Of a stretch of DNA of 64,000 nucleotides, positions 63,470 to 64,000 are shown one piece after another. The notes under the pieces were generated by a model, which was not told the DNA's origin, searched no databases, and was given only the letters and a program-made list of their open reading frames with translations. The stretch spans positions 1,327,417-1,391,416 of the forward strand of contig NW_004797296.1 of assembly GCF_000002075.1 (NCBI RefSeq), read 5' to 3'. Position numbers and translations under genes: made by a program. Each line of letters begins with the position of its first letter. Positions within the stretch are counted from its first letter, which is position 1. Source of the DNA: Aplysia californica (Eukaryota).

Positions 63470-63980
63470 TACCCAAAACAGTAGGAGGACAAAGAAATAA
63501 AGATGCTTCCAGCTGTAGTAAGAAAAACAAAAATGTCGTGCTGATTGTTACAACTAGGCATGGATAAAACGAATAGATTGTAATTGTAACCAATATTGAG
63601 AGTGCAATGACCGTATCGGTTGTTCAAAAAAGTAGGACAAAGAAAAAAAAGATGCTTCCAGCTTTTGAGTAAACATTTGGGTTTGGATGGAATTAAGCCG
63701 GGCAAAGAAGTCTATAAAATGATAGCGCCGACAGTAAAACACAATAATGTGTTGGTTGTTTAAGATATAGGTATGCACAAAGACTAATAGATTAGGATTA
63801 AACCATTTATTTAAAAAGTAGGAGGACAAAGAAACGCAAAGATGCTTAAAGTTTTTGAGAAAAGATTTAGGTTTGGATGGAATTTAGCCGGGCTAAGCTA
63901 GAAGCCTATAAAATTCTAGCACTTGAGGTAAAACACAATAATATTGTACAACTAGGCATGGACAAAAACTAATAGAGTAT
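63470..63980. repeat. Diverged tandem repeat of ~150-190-bp units
   Basis: AGTAGGA..ACAAAGAAA...AGATGCTT recurs at ~63480, ~63630 and ~63817; GTTTGGATGGAATT.AGCCGGGC occurs twice. Confidence 0.75.
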
Positions 63981-64000
63981 AGAGAATAAAAAGAGTGTAG

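Overview
AT-rich animal genomic DNA with spliceosomal introns, microsatellites, SINEs, MITEs and N-gaps; an invertebrate, possibly a mollusc, is my inference only. Three genes can be spliced by hand. (1) The 5' ~1000 codons of adenylate kinase 9 (AK9) lie on the minus strand from ATG 24874 past the left edge, in about 26 exons. These include two P-loop motifs and two Glu-rich linkers built from in-frame microexons of 15-57 nt. (2) A complete 16-exon homogentisate 1,2-dioxygenase gene (HGD, 443 aa) lies on the plus strand at 27078-44716, head-to-head with AK9. (3) A mitochondrial-type glycerol-3-phosphate acyltransferase (GPAT1/GPAM-like) lies on the minus strand as one 2.46-kb exon plus a probable 33-nt first coding exon. 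It is preceded by a uORF whose stop overlaps the start (TGATG) and followed directly by an inverted-repeat element at its stop codon. The rest is introns, UTRs and intergenic DNA with hAT, Tc1/mariner-like and piggyBac-like non-autonomous elements, tRNA-derived SINEs and an L2-like tail. I found no clearly new multi-gene system. The best leads are the AK9 microexon linkers, the retrogene-like GPAT with its overlapping uORF, and a repeat family that always sits in the host-gene sense orientation.
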